Shown: in pieces, positions 55,888 to 64,000 of the stretch
How positions within the stretch are numbered: position 1 is the first letter of the stretch
Layout: each line of letters starts with the position of its first letter
Assembly (NCBI GenBank): GCA_937901925.1
Contig: CALGTS010000056.1
Span: forward strand, 5,102 to 69,101
DNA: 64,000 nt
Reading direction: 5' to 3'
Source of the DNA: an uncultured Bacteroidales bacterium
Lineage (GTDB): Bacteria > Bacteroidota > Bacteroidia > Bacteroidales > WCHB1-69
Program-made: the position numbers and the translations under genes
The notes under the pieces: generated by a model
What the model was told of the DNA's origin: nothing
Databases searched by the model: none
The model's input: only the letters and a program-made list of their open reading frames with translations

Positions 55888-57705
55888 ATGAAAAAGTTAA
55901 TGTTATTATTCGCAGTTGTATTATTTTCCTCTTGTCAAATAGGTACTTTTGTTTATTATGATGACATTTATACCTCAACAAGGGATGAACAATACAGAAG
56001 ACCAATACCAGAAGAAAATACTAATACATACACGGAAGCACAAAATTATAATTCGTATCCAAATGATACGCAAAATAATTACAATGATAATAGTTCAGAA
56101 TATTATTACGAAGGTAATTCTGGTTATAATGATGAGGGATATTCCGAAAGTTACTATGATGAAAATGGTAATACGTATGTAACCAACAATTATTACTATG
56201 ATTCTGATGATTACTACGACTATTACTATACAAGTCGTATCCGTCGTTTCCATACCAATGTTTATGATGGTTGGTCGTATTATGACCCCTATTTCACAAA
56301 TATGTATTGGTATGATTATAGTCCAGCAAGTTGGGGTTGCAGTATCTATTTAGGTTACAATTGGTGGTGGCCAACCTATTACTATCGTCCTTATTACTAC
56401 GATTGGGGCTATTATAACTATGGTTTCTGCTACGGATGGGGCTGGGATTGCCACCGTCCATATCACCATCATCACCACCACCACTATTACTCAGGCTATA
56501 ACCATGGTTATTATCACGGTTTTAATGATGGATATTATGCAGGCTTTAATGCGGGTTATTATCATAATAATTTCGATAGTAATCACTCCTTCTATTATGG
56601 CCATCGTAATAATGTTATTGCATCGAATAGTGTTCGCAGACCATTAATCACTGAAGATAAAGAGAATGACGGAAGAGAGAATGGTGCATCTTCTTCTCGT
56701 TCTGTTCTTCCTACAACCTTCAATGAAAATTATGCTACCCTTGTTGCTAACACACCTAATATGACTACCTCGTCAGGAAGAACAAATAAGATAGAAAATA
56801 CAACGTCAACTTTAGACAGAATTCCTAATACCTCCAATAATGTAGGAGTAAAGGAACCTACCAATAGTGTAAATAATAATGCAGCTAACAAACAACCTGC
56901 AAATACCAATACTCGCCCTGCTTACAATACAAATTCTAGTAATACAAGTAATAAGCAACCTGTAAATACAGGAAATCGAGTAAATCCGAATAGCACTAGT
57001 AATAAGCAACCTGCTACTCCAACTTATAACAATAATACGGGTGGTAAACAACCTGCAAATACCAATACTCGTCCTACTTACAATACTAATTCTAGTAATA
57101 CAAGTAATAAGCAACCTGCAAATGCAGGAAATCGAGTAAATCCGAATAGTACTAGTAATAAGCAACCTGCTACTCCAACTTATAACAACAATACGGGTGG
57201 TAAACAACCTGCAAATACCAATACTCGCCCTACTTACAATACTAATAGTAATAAGCGACCTGCAAATACTACCACAACACGACCTTCTAACACTAGTAAA
57301 CCATCAAGCACATCAGGATCTTATACTCGTCCGACAAATCAAAATAGTTCAAATAGACCTACAAATAGTAACAATAGTCGTCCTACTTATAACAATAGTA
57401 CTAGTAATAAGCAACCGGCTAGCACGCGACCATCTAATAATTCGTACAATAATCGACCCTCTAATAGTAGTGCGCGACCTGCCAATACCAATTCGTACAA
57501 CAATAAGCCATCAGGAACAAGTAGAGGTAGTTCATACAATAGCAGTTCAAGACCTTCTAGTAATAGTAGTTCTTATAGCCGTTCTTCAGGCAGTTCTTCA
57601 AATCGTAGCAGTTATTCATCATCATCCAATCGCAGTTCCTCTTCTAGTAGCACAAGAGGCAGTAGTTCGTCAAGTTCAAGAAGTAGTTCACATAGTAGAA
57701 GATAG
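55888..57705 (+). CDS. extreme low-complexity lipoprotein (Tyr/Trp/Gly/Asp/Asn-rich, His7 run, N/T/S/P tandem repeats, poly-Ser basic tail)
   Basis: Lipobox VLFSSC. Contains YYYDSDDYYDYYY, NWWWPTYYYRPYYYDWGYYNYG and HHHHHHH, then repeats of KQPANTNTRPTYNTNSSNTSNKQPANAGNRVNPNSTSNKQPATPTYNNNTGG. It ends in SSSSRSSSHSRR. Confidence 0.65.
   Translation: MKKLMLLFAVVLFSSCQIGTFVYYDDIYTSTRDEQYRRPIPEENTNTYTEAQNYNSYPNDTQNNYNDNSSEYYYEGNSGYNDEGYSESYYDENGNTYVTNNYYYDSDDYYDYYYTSRIRRFHTNVYDGWSYYDPYFTNMYWYDYSPASWGCSIYLGYNWWWPTYYYRPYYYDWGYYNYGFCYGWGWDCHRPYHHHHHHHYYSGYNHGYYHGFNDGYYAGFNAGYYHNNFDSNHSFYYGHRNNVIASNSVRRPLITEDKENDGRENGASSSRSVLPTTFNENYATLVANTPNMTTSSGRTNKIENTTSTLDRIPNTSNNVGVKEPTNSVNNNAANKQPANTNTRPAYNTNSSNTSNKQPVNTGNRVNPNSTSNKQPATPTYNNNTGGKQPANTNTRPTYNTNSSNTSNKQPANAGNRVNPNSTSNKQPATPTYNNNTGGKQPANTNTRPTYNTNSNKRPANTTTTRPSNTSKPSSTSGSYTRPTNQNSSNRPTNSNNSRPTYNNSTSNKQPASTRPSNNSYNNRPSNSSARPANTNSYNNKPSGTSRGSSYNSSSRPSSNSSSYSRSSGSSSNRSSYSSSSNRSSSSSSTRGSSSSSSRSSSHSRR
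56890..57250 (+). repeat. 156-bp in-frame tandem repeat, ~2.3 copies
   Basis: Unit starts (AAA CAA CCT GCA AAT ACC) lie at 56890, 57046 and 57202, giving a period of exactly 156 nt (52 codons). I counted ~8 mismatches between copies 1 and 2. Confidence 0.85.
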
Positions 57706-57719
57706 TTAAAAGAAATGCT

Positions 57720-59165
57720 ATGAAAAAGATAATATTAATAGTTTGTTTGACAATAAGTTCGCTATTCATTTTTGCGCAGAGTGAAATGGATGCGTTCCGT
57801 TTTTCCAATTTGGATTGGCAAGGGAGTGCACGTTTTATGGGCGCAGGAGGTGCTTTTGGTGCCGTTGGAGGTGATTTTTCAGCAGTGAGCACTAATCCAG
57901 CTTCACTAGGTGTTTTTAAGAAATCTTCTTTCTCTGTTACTCCCATTCAACTCTCTTTTAATAATGTAGCTTCTCGTTTTATGGATAATACCAATCTCTA
58001 TACAACAACTAAATACACGATGTCAAGTGCGGGATTTGTTTGGGTATTGGGAAATATAGACAATACGCGTTGGGAGCAGTTTCAATTTGCGTTTGGTTAC
58101 AATAGAATAGCCGATTTTAATCAAAGAAAATTTATAGTAGATGGTGAAAGTAATAGTTCGATTGGAATGCATTTCGCTGATTTAGCAAATGGTTACGCAC
58201 CCAAAGATATGATTGATGAGGCTTTGTTTGCTTGGGAATCCTATTTGATTGACCCAACGGATGTTTCAAATCTTCAATATGGCTATCTGCATAATGATGC
58301 CGTTATGAATCAACGTTATTCCGTAACAACAAATGGTGGAATTGACGAGATGACAATTTCAGTAGGCTCTAATTGGGATAACAAACTCTATTTAGGCGCA
58401 ACTATGGGAGTGCCCTTTATCAGCTACTCAGAATATTCCAGATATGTAGAGAAAGATGAGTATAATCAAATTCCTATCTTTCAAGAATTAACAGTAAAAG
58501 ATAATTTGAAAATTAATGGAATAGGAATTAATTTAAAATTAGGGTTATTGTATCAGCCTGCCAAATTTGTAAGATTTGGCATAGCATTCCATACGCCGAC
58601 ATACTACGGAAAATTAAAGTATAATCTTACTCGTGATATGAGTTCGATAGGGGATAGTGCCTCTGTTGAAAAAGACTTTACTAACTTTAATTATTTCAAA
58701 TTGGTTACACCAATGCGGGCGATGTTTAATACTGCCTTTTTAATTAAAAAGCGTGCGTTTATTAGTGCAGAATATGAAATTGCAAATTATGGAGCAGCGC
58801 GACTATCACCCTATATTTATTTTGATGATTATACATATTCTGCTGAAAATCAGCAAATCCGTGAGGCGTTAAAAGTGTCGCACATAGCAAGAGTTGGTGC
58901 AGAAGTTAATTTGACGGAGAAATTTCTAATCCGTGCTGGGTATAAATTTCAGTCATCACCCTATAAGGATAAAAGTTTAAGAGCTTCGTGTCAAAGCATC
59001 TCTGCAGGATTAGGTTATAGAGGTAAACATTTTGCTTTTGATGTAGCATATATTTATGCCACTTCAGGCGAAAAATTCTGGTTCTATAATCCTCAGTATG
59101 TTGAGGAATCAATATTGAAGTACTCCTCCCATAGAATTGCACTTTCTTGCGAATTTAAATTCTAA
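57720..59165 (+). CDS. outer-membrane beta-barrel protein, FadL/PorV-like
   Basis: Signal peptide ...SLFIFAQS, N-terminal ARFMGAGGAFGAVGGDFSAVSTNPASLG motif, alternating beta-strand pattern and C-terminal CEFKF. It starts 14 nt after the upstream stop. Confidence 0.6.
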   Translation: MKKIILIVCLTISSLFIFAQSEMDAFRFSNLDWQGSARFMGAGGAFGAVGGDFSAVSTNPASLGVFKKSSFSVTPIQLSFNNVASRFMDNTNLYTTTKYTMSSAGFVWVLGNIDNTRWEQFQFAFGYNRIADFNQRKFIVDGESNSSIGMHFADLANGYAPKDMIDEALFAWESYLIDPTDVSNLQYGYLHNDAVMNQRYSVTTNGGIDEMTISVGSNWDNKLYLGATMGVPFISYSEYSRYVEKDEYNQIPIFQELTVKDNLKINGIGINLKLGLLYQPAKFVRFGIAFHTPTYYGKLKYNLTRDMSSIGDSASVEKDFTNFNYFKLVTPMRAMFNTAFLIKKRAFISAEYEIANYGAARLSPYIYFDDYTYSAENQQIREALKVSHIARVGAEVNLTEKFLIRAGYKFQSSPYKDKSLRASCQSISAGLGYRGKHFAFDVAYIYATSGEKFWFYNPQYVEESILKYSSHRIALSCEFKF

Positions 59166-59185
59166 AAGTGTAATAATAAAGATGA

Positions 59186-59218
59186 AGAGATTTGGCAGTT
59201 GTCAAGTCTCTTTTTTTT
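59186..59218 (+). terminator. rho-independent terminator
   Basis: AGAGATTTG-GCAGTTGT-CAAGTCTCT is a 9-bp stem with one G-U pair, followed by T8. It lies 20 nt after the stop at 59165. Confidence 0.65.
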
Positions 59219-59253
59219 GTTCATTTTGAAATGAAAACATCGATTTTATAATA

Positions 59254-59261
59254 TATCTTTG
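59254..59261 (+). promoter_or_regulatory. putative -7 box for the giant surface-protein gene
   Basis: TATCTTTG lies 75 nt upstream of the ATG at 59337. Confidence 0.4.
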
Positions 59262-59336
59262 CTTGCTGTTAAAAATATAAAGTTGTATTATTAAACTATT
59301 GAAAATTAGTTGTTTGTAAAAATAAAAGATATTGTA

Positions 59337-62300
59337 ATGATGAAAAAAATTCAAATTTTCTGCACCTTTCTATTTGTTATAATGTTAGCTTGGAATTTGC
59401 AGGCTCAAACGTGTTTCTATACTATTAACATGCGAGACTTGTATGGTGACGGCTGGGGAGACCTTTATTTGGAAATTAAGCAAGGAGGAACCCCTATAGG
59501 GACTTTTACTTTTGAAAATGGATATAGTTCTACGCAAACACTTCCTATTACCCATGGTTTACAATACACAATTCATTGGCATCAAGCAGCGTATGCTAGT
59601 GAGGCAAGTTTTGAAATACTAGATGTTTTAGGAAATATTGTTTACATTTGTTCCGATGCACAGAATTTAGGTAATGGCCAAATTTTCTCGTTTTATGGTA
59701 ACTGCTCAGGATGTGTTCCGACAACCACCAATTTTGTTTCAGTAAATCAGAACTCAGCAACTATTAGCTGGAATTCGACAGAAGCTTCTCAGTACCAGAT
59801 AGCTATTGGTACGTCAGAGCCAGATACTCTAAATCCATATTTAGTGCAAGATACATTTTACATTTTTACGGGATTAATGTCTGAAACGACTTATAATGTA
59901 AGTTTGCGTGCGGTTTGTGATGTTTCTACAAATGATTATAGTGAATGGACAACATTCTCTTTTACAACATCACAAGCACCAGCATCAATGCCATTTATAT
60001 GCGATTTTGAAAATGCTGTTGAGGCAGCGCAATGGGAATTGGCAAATGGAACGGAAACCAATCAGTGGAGAATTGGAACAGCGGTGAATCACACAGAAGA
60101 TGGTCAAAATGCACTATATATTTCGAAAGATAATGGATTAACGAATAGTTATGATACAACAGCAGTAAGTTCAGTATATGCCTATCGTGACATCAATTTT
60201 CCTACTACTACAAATGATTTCCTCTTTTCGTTTTATTGGAAAAACCAAGGAGAATCTGTTTATTGTGAGCCTATAAAAGTGTATGTTGGTGATGTTTCTC
60301 CAGTTCAGGCAGGAGAAGGTGACTATTATTTGGAAATTCCAGGTACAACATTATTAGGAACTTTCTATGGAAATGGTGCAGAATGGACTCACGAAACCTT
60401 TGTTTTGGATGCCGAAGAGTATGCAGGCTCTGTGCGTAGAATCTATTTCTTCTTTTATAGTGATGCTGCTAATGGTAGAAATCCAGCGCCAGCCATTGAC
60501 GATATTATATTGAAGGAGATTATCTGCCCTGAGGTGGATTCTGTTCAAATTTCTGAAATAAGCAATAACTCAGTGCGTATTACTCCTTATTCAGATCCTT
60601 CGGTTACTGCTTATATGCTTTATTACAAAACATTATCAGATGTTACCTATTCTGTTGTAAGCATTCCAAGTGAGGGTTATACACTAACAGGTTTAACTCC
60701 AGGGACAAGATATCAATATTATTTAACTACTGATTGTGGTAACGAAGAATATGGTTTACCAACGCCAGATTCCTATTTTTATACACTTTGTGATGTTGTT
60801 TATACCTTCCCTTGGATAGAGAATTTTGAGGGAGAATGGTTTCCCGCAACAAGTACGGCAGGAAATGAAAGTGCGCCAATGTGTTGGTTAAACTTTAACT
60901 ATGGGACAACACCAGGTCAATGGGAATTAAAACATTACGAATCTGTATCTGGTAATAGTTGTGCAAGTATGTTTGGAACAATGAGTAATGATAATGAAGA
61001 TGTGAATAATGATTGGCTTCTTACACCCATTCTTTCATTAACAGGAAATGAACGTTTGAATTTCTTTGTGAAGAAATCGCATTTGAGTTATACAGATGAT
61101 TTCAGCATATATTCAGTTTTTGTAGGAAATGGTGATGTAACCAATTTCGATGATGTATTAGCAAATGCTTATTGTATTAAACCTTCGACAATTGCTACAG
61201 ACGAGTGGGTAGCTTATGAGTTATCTTTGGGTGCTTGTATAGGCGATTATCGACTAGCATTTGTAAGAGATGCGTTACCAGGTGGTTCCCAACTCTTTAT
61301 CGATTCTGTTGTCGTTTCTACAATGCCGACATGTCCTGATGTTTATCATGTGGAGGTAAATCCTGCTAGTGAAACAAGTATTGCTGTCAATTTTTCGGTA
61401 GATAATGCAACGGGACAAGGTTGGGAAATTGCGTATGCACCTACAGGAGATGAACCTTTCGATGAGGTAACAGCAACGGTTGTGTCTGTTGATTATTCTT
61501 CATCATTTCCAATCATTATTGAAAATTTGCAACCCAATATCTCTTATACTTTTGCTGTAAGACAAGCATGTAATGGAGATTGGAGTGATACTATTGTTTG
61601 TACGATTCCTTTTATGAATCTCCAACAATTGCCATTTGAATGTGATTTTGAAAGTGAAGATGAGAATAGCACTTGGGTAATGGCGCAAGATAGTAATTTG
61701 ACGAATAGATGGTACATTGGAACCGCAGCTGCTAGCCAAGGTGTTAAATCTTTATATATCTCTAAAAACGATGGACTTACTAACGAATATGTAACCAATG
61801 AGTCTAGTTTGGTTGTTGCATACGTGGATCTTGCGATGACTGAAGCAGAACAATATTTATTTTCTTTCGATTGGAAATGTGTGGGAGAAGGATATTATGA
61901 TGATTTGAGCGTTTGCTTGCTACCCTTAAGTATTTCACTTGATAACTTGAATCCTAATGGAGCACTTCCTGCTTGGGTGGAGAGGTATAAATTAGCTAAC
62001 AATAGTTATAAGTTATCTACTTCTGATACTTATCGTACAGTTACTGCTATTATTGATGCAGAGAATATTAAGGGAACCGTAAGAAGATTGGCGTTCATTT
62101 GGAAAAATGATGGTTTTAGCGGAAGTGGCTACGCTGCATCAGTTGATAATATCAGTGTAACCCCTATTACTTGTCATATTCCTTCAAATGTTGTCGTAGC
62201 GCCTGGTGCCACCGATGCCATTGTATCGTGGGCAAGTACAGCAAGAGAGTGGCTTATTAGTTATCGTATAGGATCGGAAGATTGGACAGAAGTTCAAGTA

Positions 62301-64000
62301 AGTGAAAATCAAATTGTTTTGGATGGTTTGCAGGCAGAAACAGACTATCAGTTATTTGTACGCACACTTTGCGATGCAGATACAAGTTTTGCAAGTGAAT
62401 TGATAGAATTTACAACATTATGTATGCCAGATAGTATTCCTTATTTTGAAGATTTTAATGACCTTCCAGCTCCTGATTTTTCTGTAAATGTACTACCAAA
62501 CTCCTGCTGGAAAGTAGCAAATGGCTCTTTAGATGCTTATTCATTACTATCATACGATGTTGCTTTCTCTTTCTGGATGCCACAAAATTCAGAAATGGTA
62601 GCGGGAATGGAAGAACATTTTGGAGGTTCTATTTCTAGTACTAACAAACAATGGCTTATTACGCCACTAATTAATTTGGGTGACGGAAGTCAACTTTATC
62701 AGTTGGAATTGGATTTGATGTTGACAGGATATAACTTAAATGATGCTATTTCTACCAACAATTATGATGATGAATTTGCAATTGTAATTTCTACAGATAA
62801 TGGAGCTACTTGGTCAAGAGATAATGCTTTTATTTGGAGTAATGCACCGCAAAGCGATCGAGTGTTGAATGATTTGGCTGGAAGTGTAAATCATATTATT
62901 ATTCCTCTAGAAAATCAGAATAATGAGCCTTATATGAATAATATAATGATAGCTTTTTATATCGGTTCTTCAACTTACAATGCAACAAATACCATTAGAA
63001 TTGACAATTTTGCTATCAATCCATATACAGTTTGTACTCGTCCTGAGAATTTAATGGTTACAGATGTTCAAAACAATGAGATCTCCATTTCTTGGCAGGC
63101 AGGTGCTGACGAGATGGCTTGGCAAGCTATTATTGTTCCAGAAGGTGCTTCCATTGAGAATGAAATTCCTGTTGATATTTATGATACGACCTATACCTTC
63201 TTTAATCTGGAACCTAATACAGAATATACAATCTATTTGCGTTCTGATTGTGGTTATGATCAAAGTTTGTATATCACTACATCAGCCGTTACAGAGTGTG
63301 CAACAGTAAATACAATGCCATTTATAGAAAATTTTGAGGAATATGAAACAGAAGAATATCCGATTTGTTGGCAGAGAATTTCTGCAACGACAACACTTAC
63401 AACCTCGCCTTCTGTAACCACTTTCGGAGGTGTATCTGGAAGCAATGCTTTGCGGTTCTATTCCTCTACAACTCCTATTTATGCTTTGTTGCCAGAATTG
63501 GATTTTACACTACCCGTTAATACACTACAAGTCACGTTCAAGGCAAAATCTTCAAATAATTCAGTTACTCCAATTCTTGTAGGAGTAATGGATTCTGTAA
63601 GTGGAAGTTCCTTTGTTGCTGTAGATACAATTGAACTTACTGCGCAATATTCAGCATATCATGTAAGTTTTGAAAACTATACAGGTACAGGTAAATATAT
63701 TGCATTCAAACATCACGATACAAGTTTTGGTTATGATGAAACCTATATTGATGAGGTTTTTGTAGATTTTCTCCCTAATTGTAATACGCCTCAATCGTTG
63801 GCCGTTTCTGGAATAAGAGCTGATAGGGCTACTATGTCTTGGACAGATGCAGAAGATATTACGACTTGGAATATTATCGTGGTTGAAGGAACAGAAGTTG
63901 CAGATTTCTCCGATTATACCATAGTGAATACCAATAGTTATGAGTTGGAAGAACTTCAATCTAACACCTCTTATGTAATTTATTTGCGTAGTGTTTGTCC
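59337..64000 (+). CDS. giant modular surface protein, 5' part (>1550 codons, runs off the window): signal peptide, GDGW module, then at least 5 alternating choice-of-anchor-J/cleaved-adhesin-like and Fn3-like modules
   Basis: Absent from the ORF track because there is no in-window stop. My translation from ATGATGAAAAAAATT is open to 64000. It begins with MMKKIQIFCTFLFVIMLAWNLQAQ. Recurrent motifs are P(F/Y)xE(N/D)FE, (N/K)xxWLxTPxxxL, IDx(I/V/F)xV and Fn3-like blocks (SISWQAG...TEYTIYLRSDC, ATMSWTD...TSYVIYLRSVC). Confidence 0.8.
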   Translation, partial: MMKKIQIFCTFLFVIMLAWNLQAQTCFYTINMRDLYGDGWGDLYLEIKQGGTPIGTFTFENGYSSTQTLPITHGLQYTIHWHQAAYASEASFEILDVLGNIVYICSDAQNLGNGQIFSFYGNCSGCVPTTTNFVSVNQNSATISWNSTEASQYQIAIGTSEPDTLNPYLVQDTFYIFTGLMSETTYNVSLRAVCDVSTNDYSEWTTFSFTTSQAPASMPFICDFENAVEAAQWELANGTETNQWRIGTAVNHTEDGQNALYISKDNGLTNSYDTTAVSSVYAYRDINFPTTTNDFLFSFYWKNQGESVYCEPIKVYVGDVSPVQAGEGDYYLEIPGTTLLGTFYGNGAEWTHETFVLDAEEYAGSVRRIYFFFYSDAANGRNPAPAIDDIILKEIICPEVDSVQISEISNNSVRITPYSDPSVTAYMLYYKTLSDVTYSVVSIPSEGYTLTGLTPGTRYQYYLTTDCGNEEYGLPTPDSYFYTLCDVVYTFPWIENFEGEWFPATSTAGNESAPMCWLNFNYGTTPGQWELKHYESVSGNSCASMFGTMSNDNEDVNNDWLLTPILSLTGNERLNFFVKKSHLSYTDDFSIYSVFVGNGDVTNFDDVLANAYCIKPSTIATDEWVAYELSLGACIGDYRLAFVRDALPGGSQLFIDSVVVSTMPTCPDVYHVEVNPASETSIAVNFSVDNATGQGWEIAYAPTGDEPFDEVTATVVSVDYSSSFPIIIENLQPNISYTFAVRQACNGDWSDTIVCTIPFMNLQQLPFECDFESEDENSTWVMAQDSNLTNRWYIGTAAASQGVKSLYISKNDGLTNEYVTNESSLVVAYVDLAMTEAEQYLFSFDWKCVGEGYYDDLSVCLLPLSISLDNLNPNGALPAWVERYKLANNSYKLSTSDTYRTVTAIIDAENIKGTVRRLAFIWKNDGFSGSGYAASVDNISVTPITCHIPSNVVVAPGATDAIVSWASTAREWLISYRIGSEDWTEVQVSENQIVLDGLQAETDYQLFVRTLCDADTSFASELIEFTTLCMPDSIPYFEDFNDLPAPDFSVNVLPNSCWKVANGSLDAYSLLSYDVAFSFWMPQNSEMVAGMEEHFGGSISSTNKQWLITPLINLGDGSQLYQLELDLMLTGYNLNDAISTNNYDDEFAIVISTDNGATWSRDNAFIWSNAPQSDRVLNDLAGSVNHIIIPLENQNNEPYMNNIMIAFYIGSSTYNATNTIRIDNFAINPYTVCTRPENLMVTDVQNNEISISWQAGADEMAWQAIIVPEGASIENEIPVDIYDTTYTFFNLEPNTEYTIYLRSDCGYDQSLYITTSAVTECATVNTMPFIENFEEYETEEYPICWQRISATTTLTTSPSVTTFGGVSGSNALRFYSSTTPIYALLPELDFTLPVNTLQVTFKAKSSNNSVTPILVGVMDSVSGSSFVAVDTIELTAQYSAYHVSFENYTGTGKYIAFKHHDTSFGYDETYIDEVFVDFLPNCNTPQSLAVSGIRADRATMSWTDAEDITTWNIIVVEGTEVADFSDYTIVNTNSYELEELQSNTSYVIYLRSVC

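Noticed and set aside
56890-57250. The regularly spaced repeats could have been a CRISPR array.
   Set aside because: The 156-nt units are directly abutting with no unique spacers, lie in-frame inside a CDS, and there are no cas genes in the window.
56812-57709. 131-aa minus-strand and 170-aa plus-strand ORFs overlapping the repeat region, plus 55949-56647 small ORFs.
   Set aside because: They are alternative-frame artefacts of low-complexity repetitive DNA (Ile/Thr/Arg-rich). The frame with the lipoprotein signal and in-frame repeats is the only one spanning the whole region.

Overview
64-kb chromosomal window from a low-GC Bacteroidota-type genome. The diagnostics are read directly from the sequence: TAnnTTTG -7 promoter boxes in front of most transcription units, one T9SS C-terminal sorting domain, SprB / Listeria-Bacteroides / FISUMP / choice-of-anchor-J-like surface-protein modules, and many Cys-lipobox signal peptides. 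Most of the window is tightly packed housekeeping: purL (partial, runs off the 5' edge, missing from the ORF track), recQ, hldD, tadA, glmM, pepP, tilS, guaB, pgk, a ClC channel, the coaX-OMP-TPR-lptC block, pheS, lpxK, phoH, ddl, miaA, polA, mreB, and three tRNAs (Arg-ACG, Phe-GAA, Arg-CCG). Six loci look accessory or poorly understood. (1) A two-gene module at 55.9-59.2 kb pairs an extreme low-complexity lipoprotein (Tyr/Trp-rich, His7 run, 156-bp tandem repeats, Ser-rich tail) with a FadL/PorV-like barrel. (2) A 1315-aa mosaic adhesin at 25.0-28.9 kb sits between a decayed IS256-family transposase and a tRNA pair. (3) A multi-module surface protein of more than 1550 aa runs off the 3' edge. 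(4) A secreted trio lies at 19.0-23.0 kb: T9SS cargo, lipase-like protein, beta-propeller lipoprotein. (5) A translationally coupled lipoprotein/deacetylase-fold/GNAT operon lies at 52.6-55.8 kb. (6) Several non-coding oddities: a roughly 75% GC island in AT-rich spacer, a 15-bp perfect inverted repeat, stacked terminators, and two promoter-to-terminator units without a credible ORF. I found no CRISPR array, no intact mobile element and no recognisable defence system. All functional calls rest on motif recognition by eye and need HMM/BLAST confirmation.
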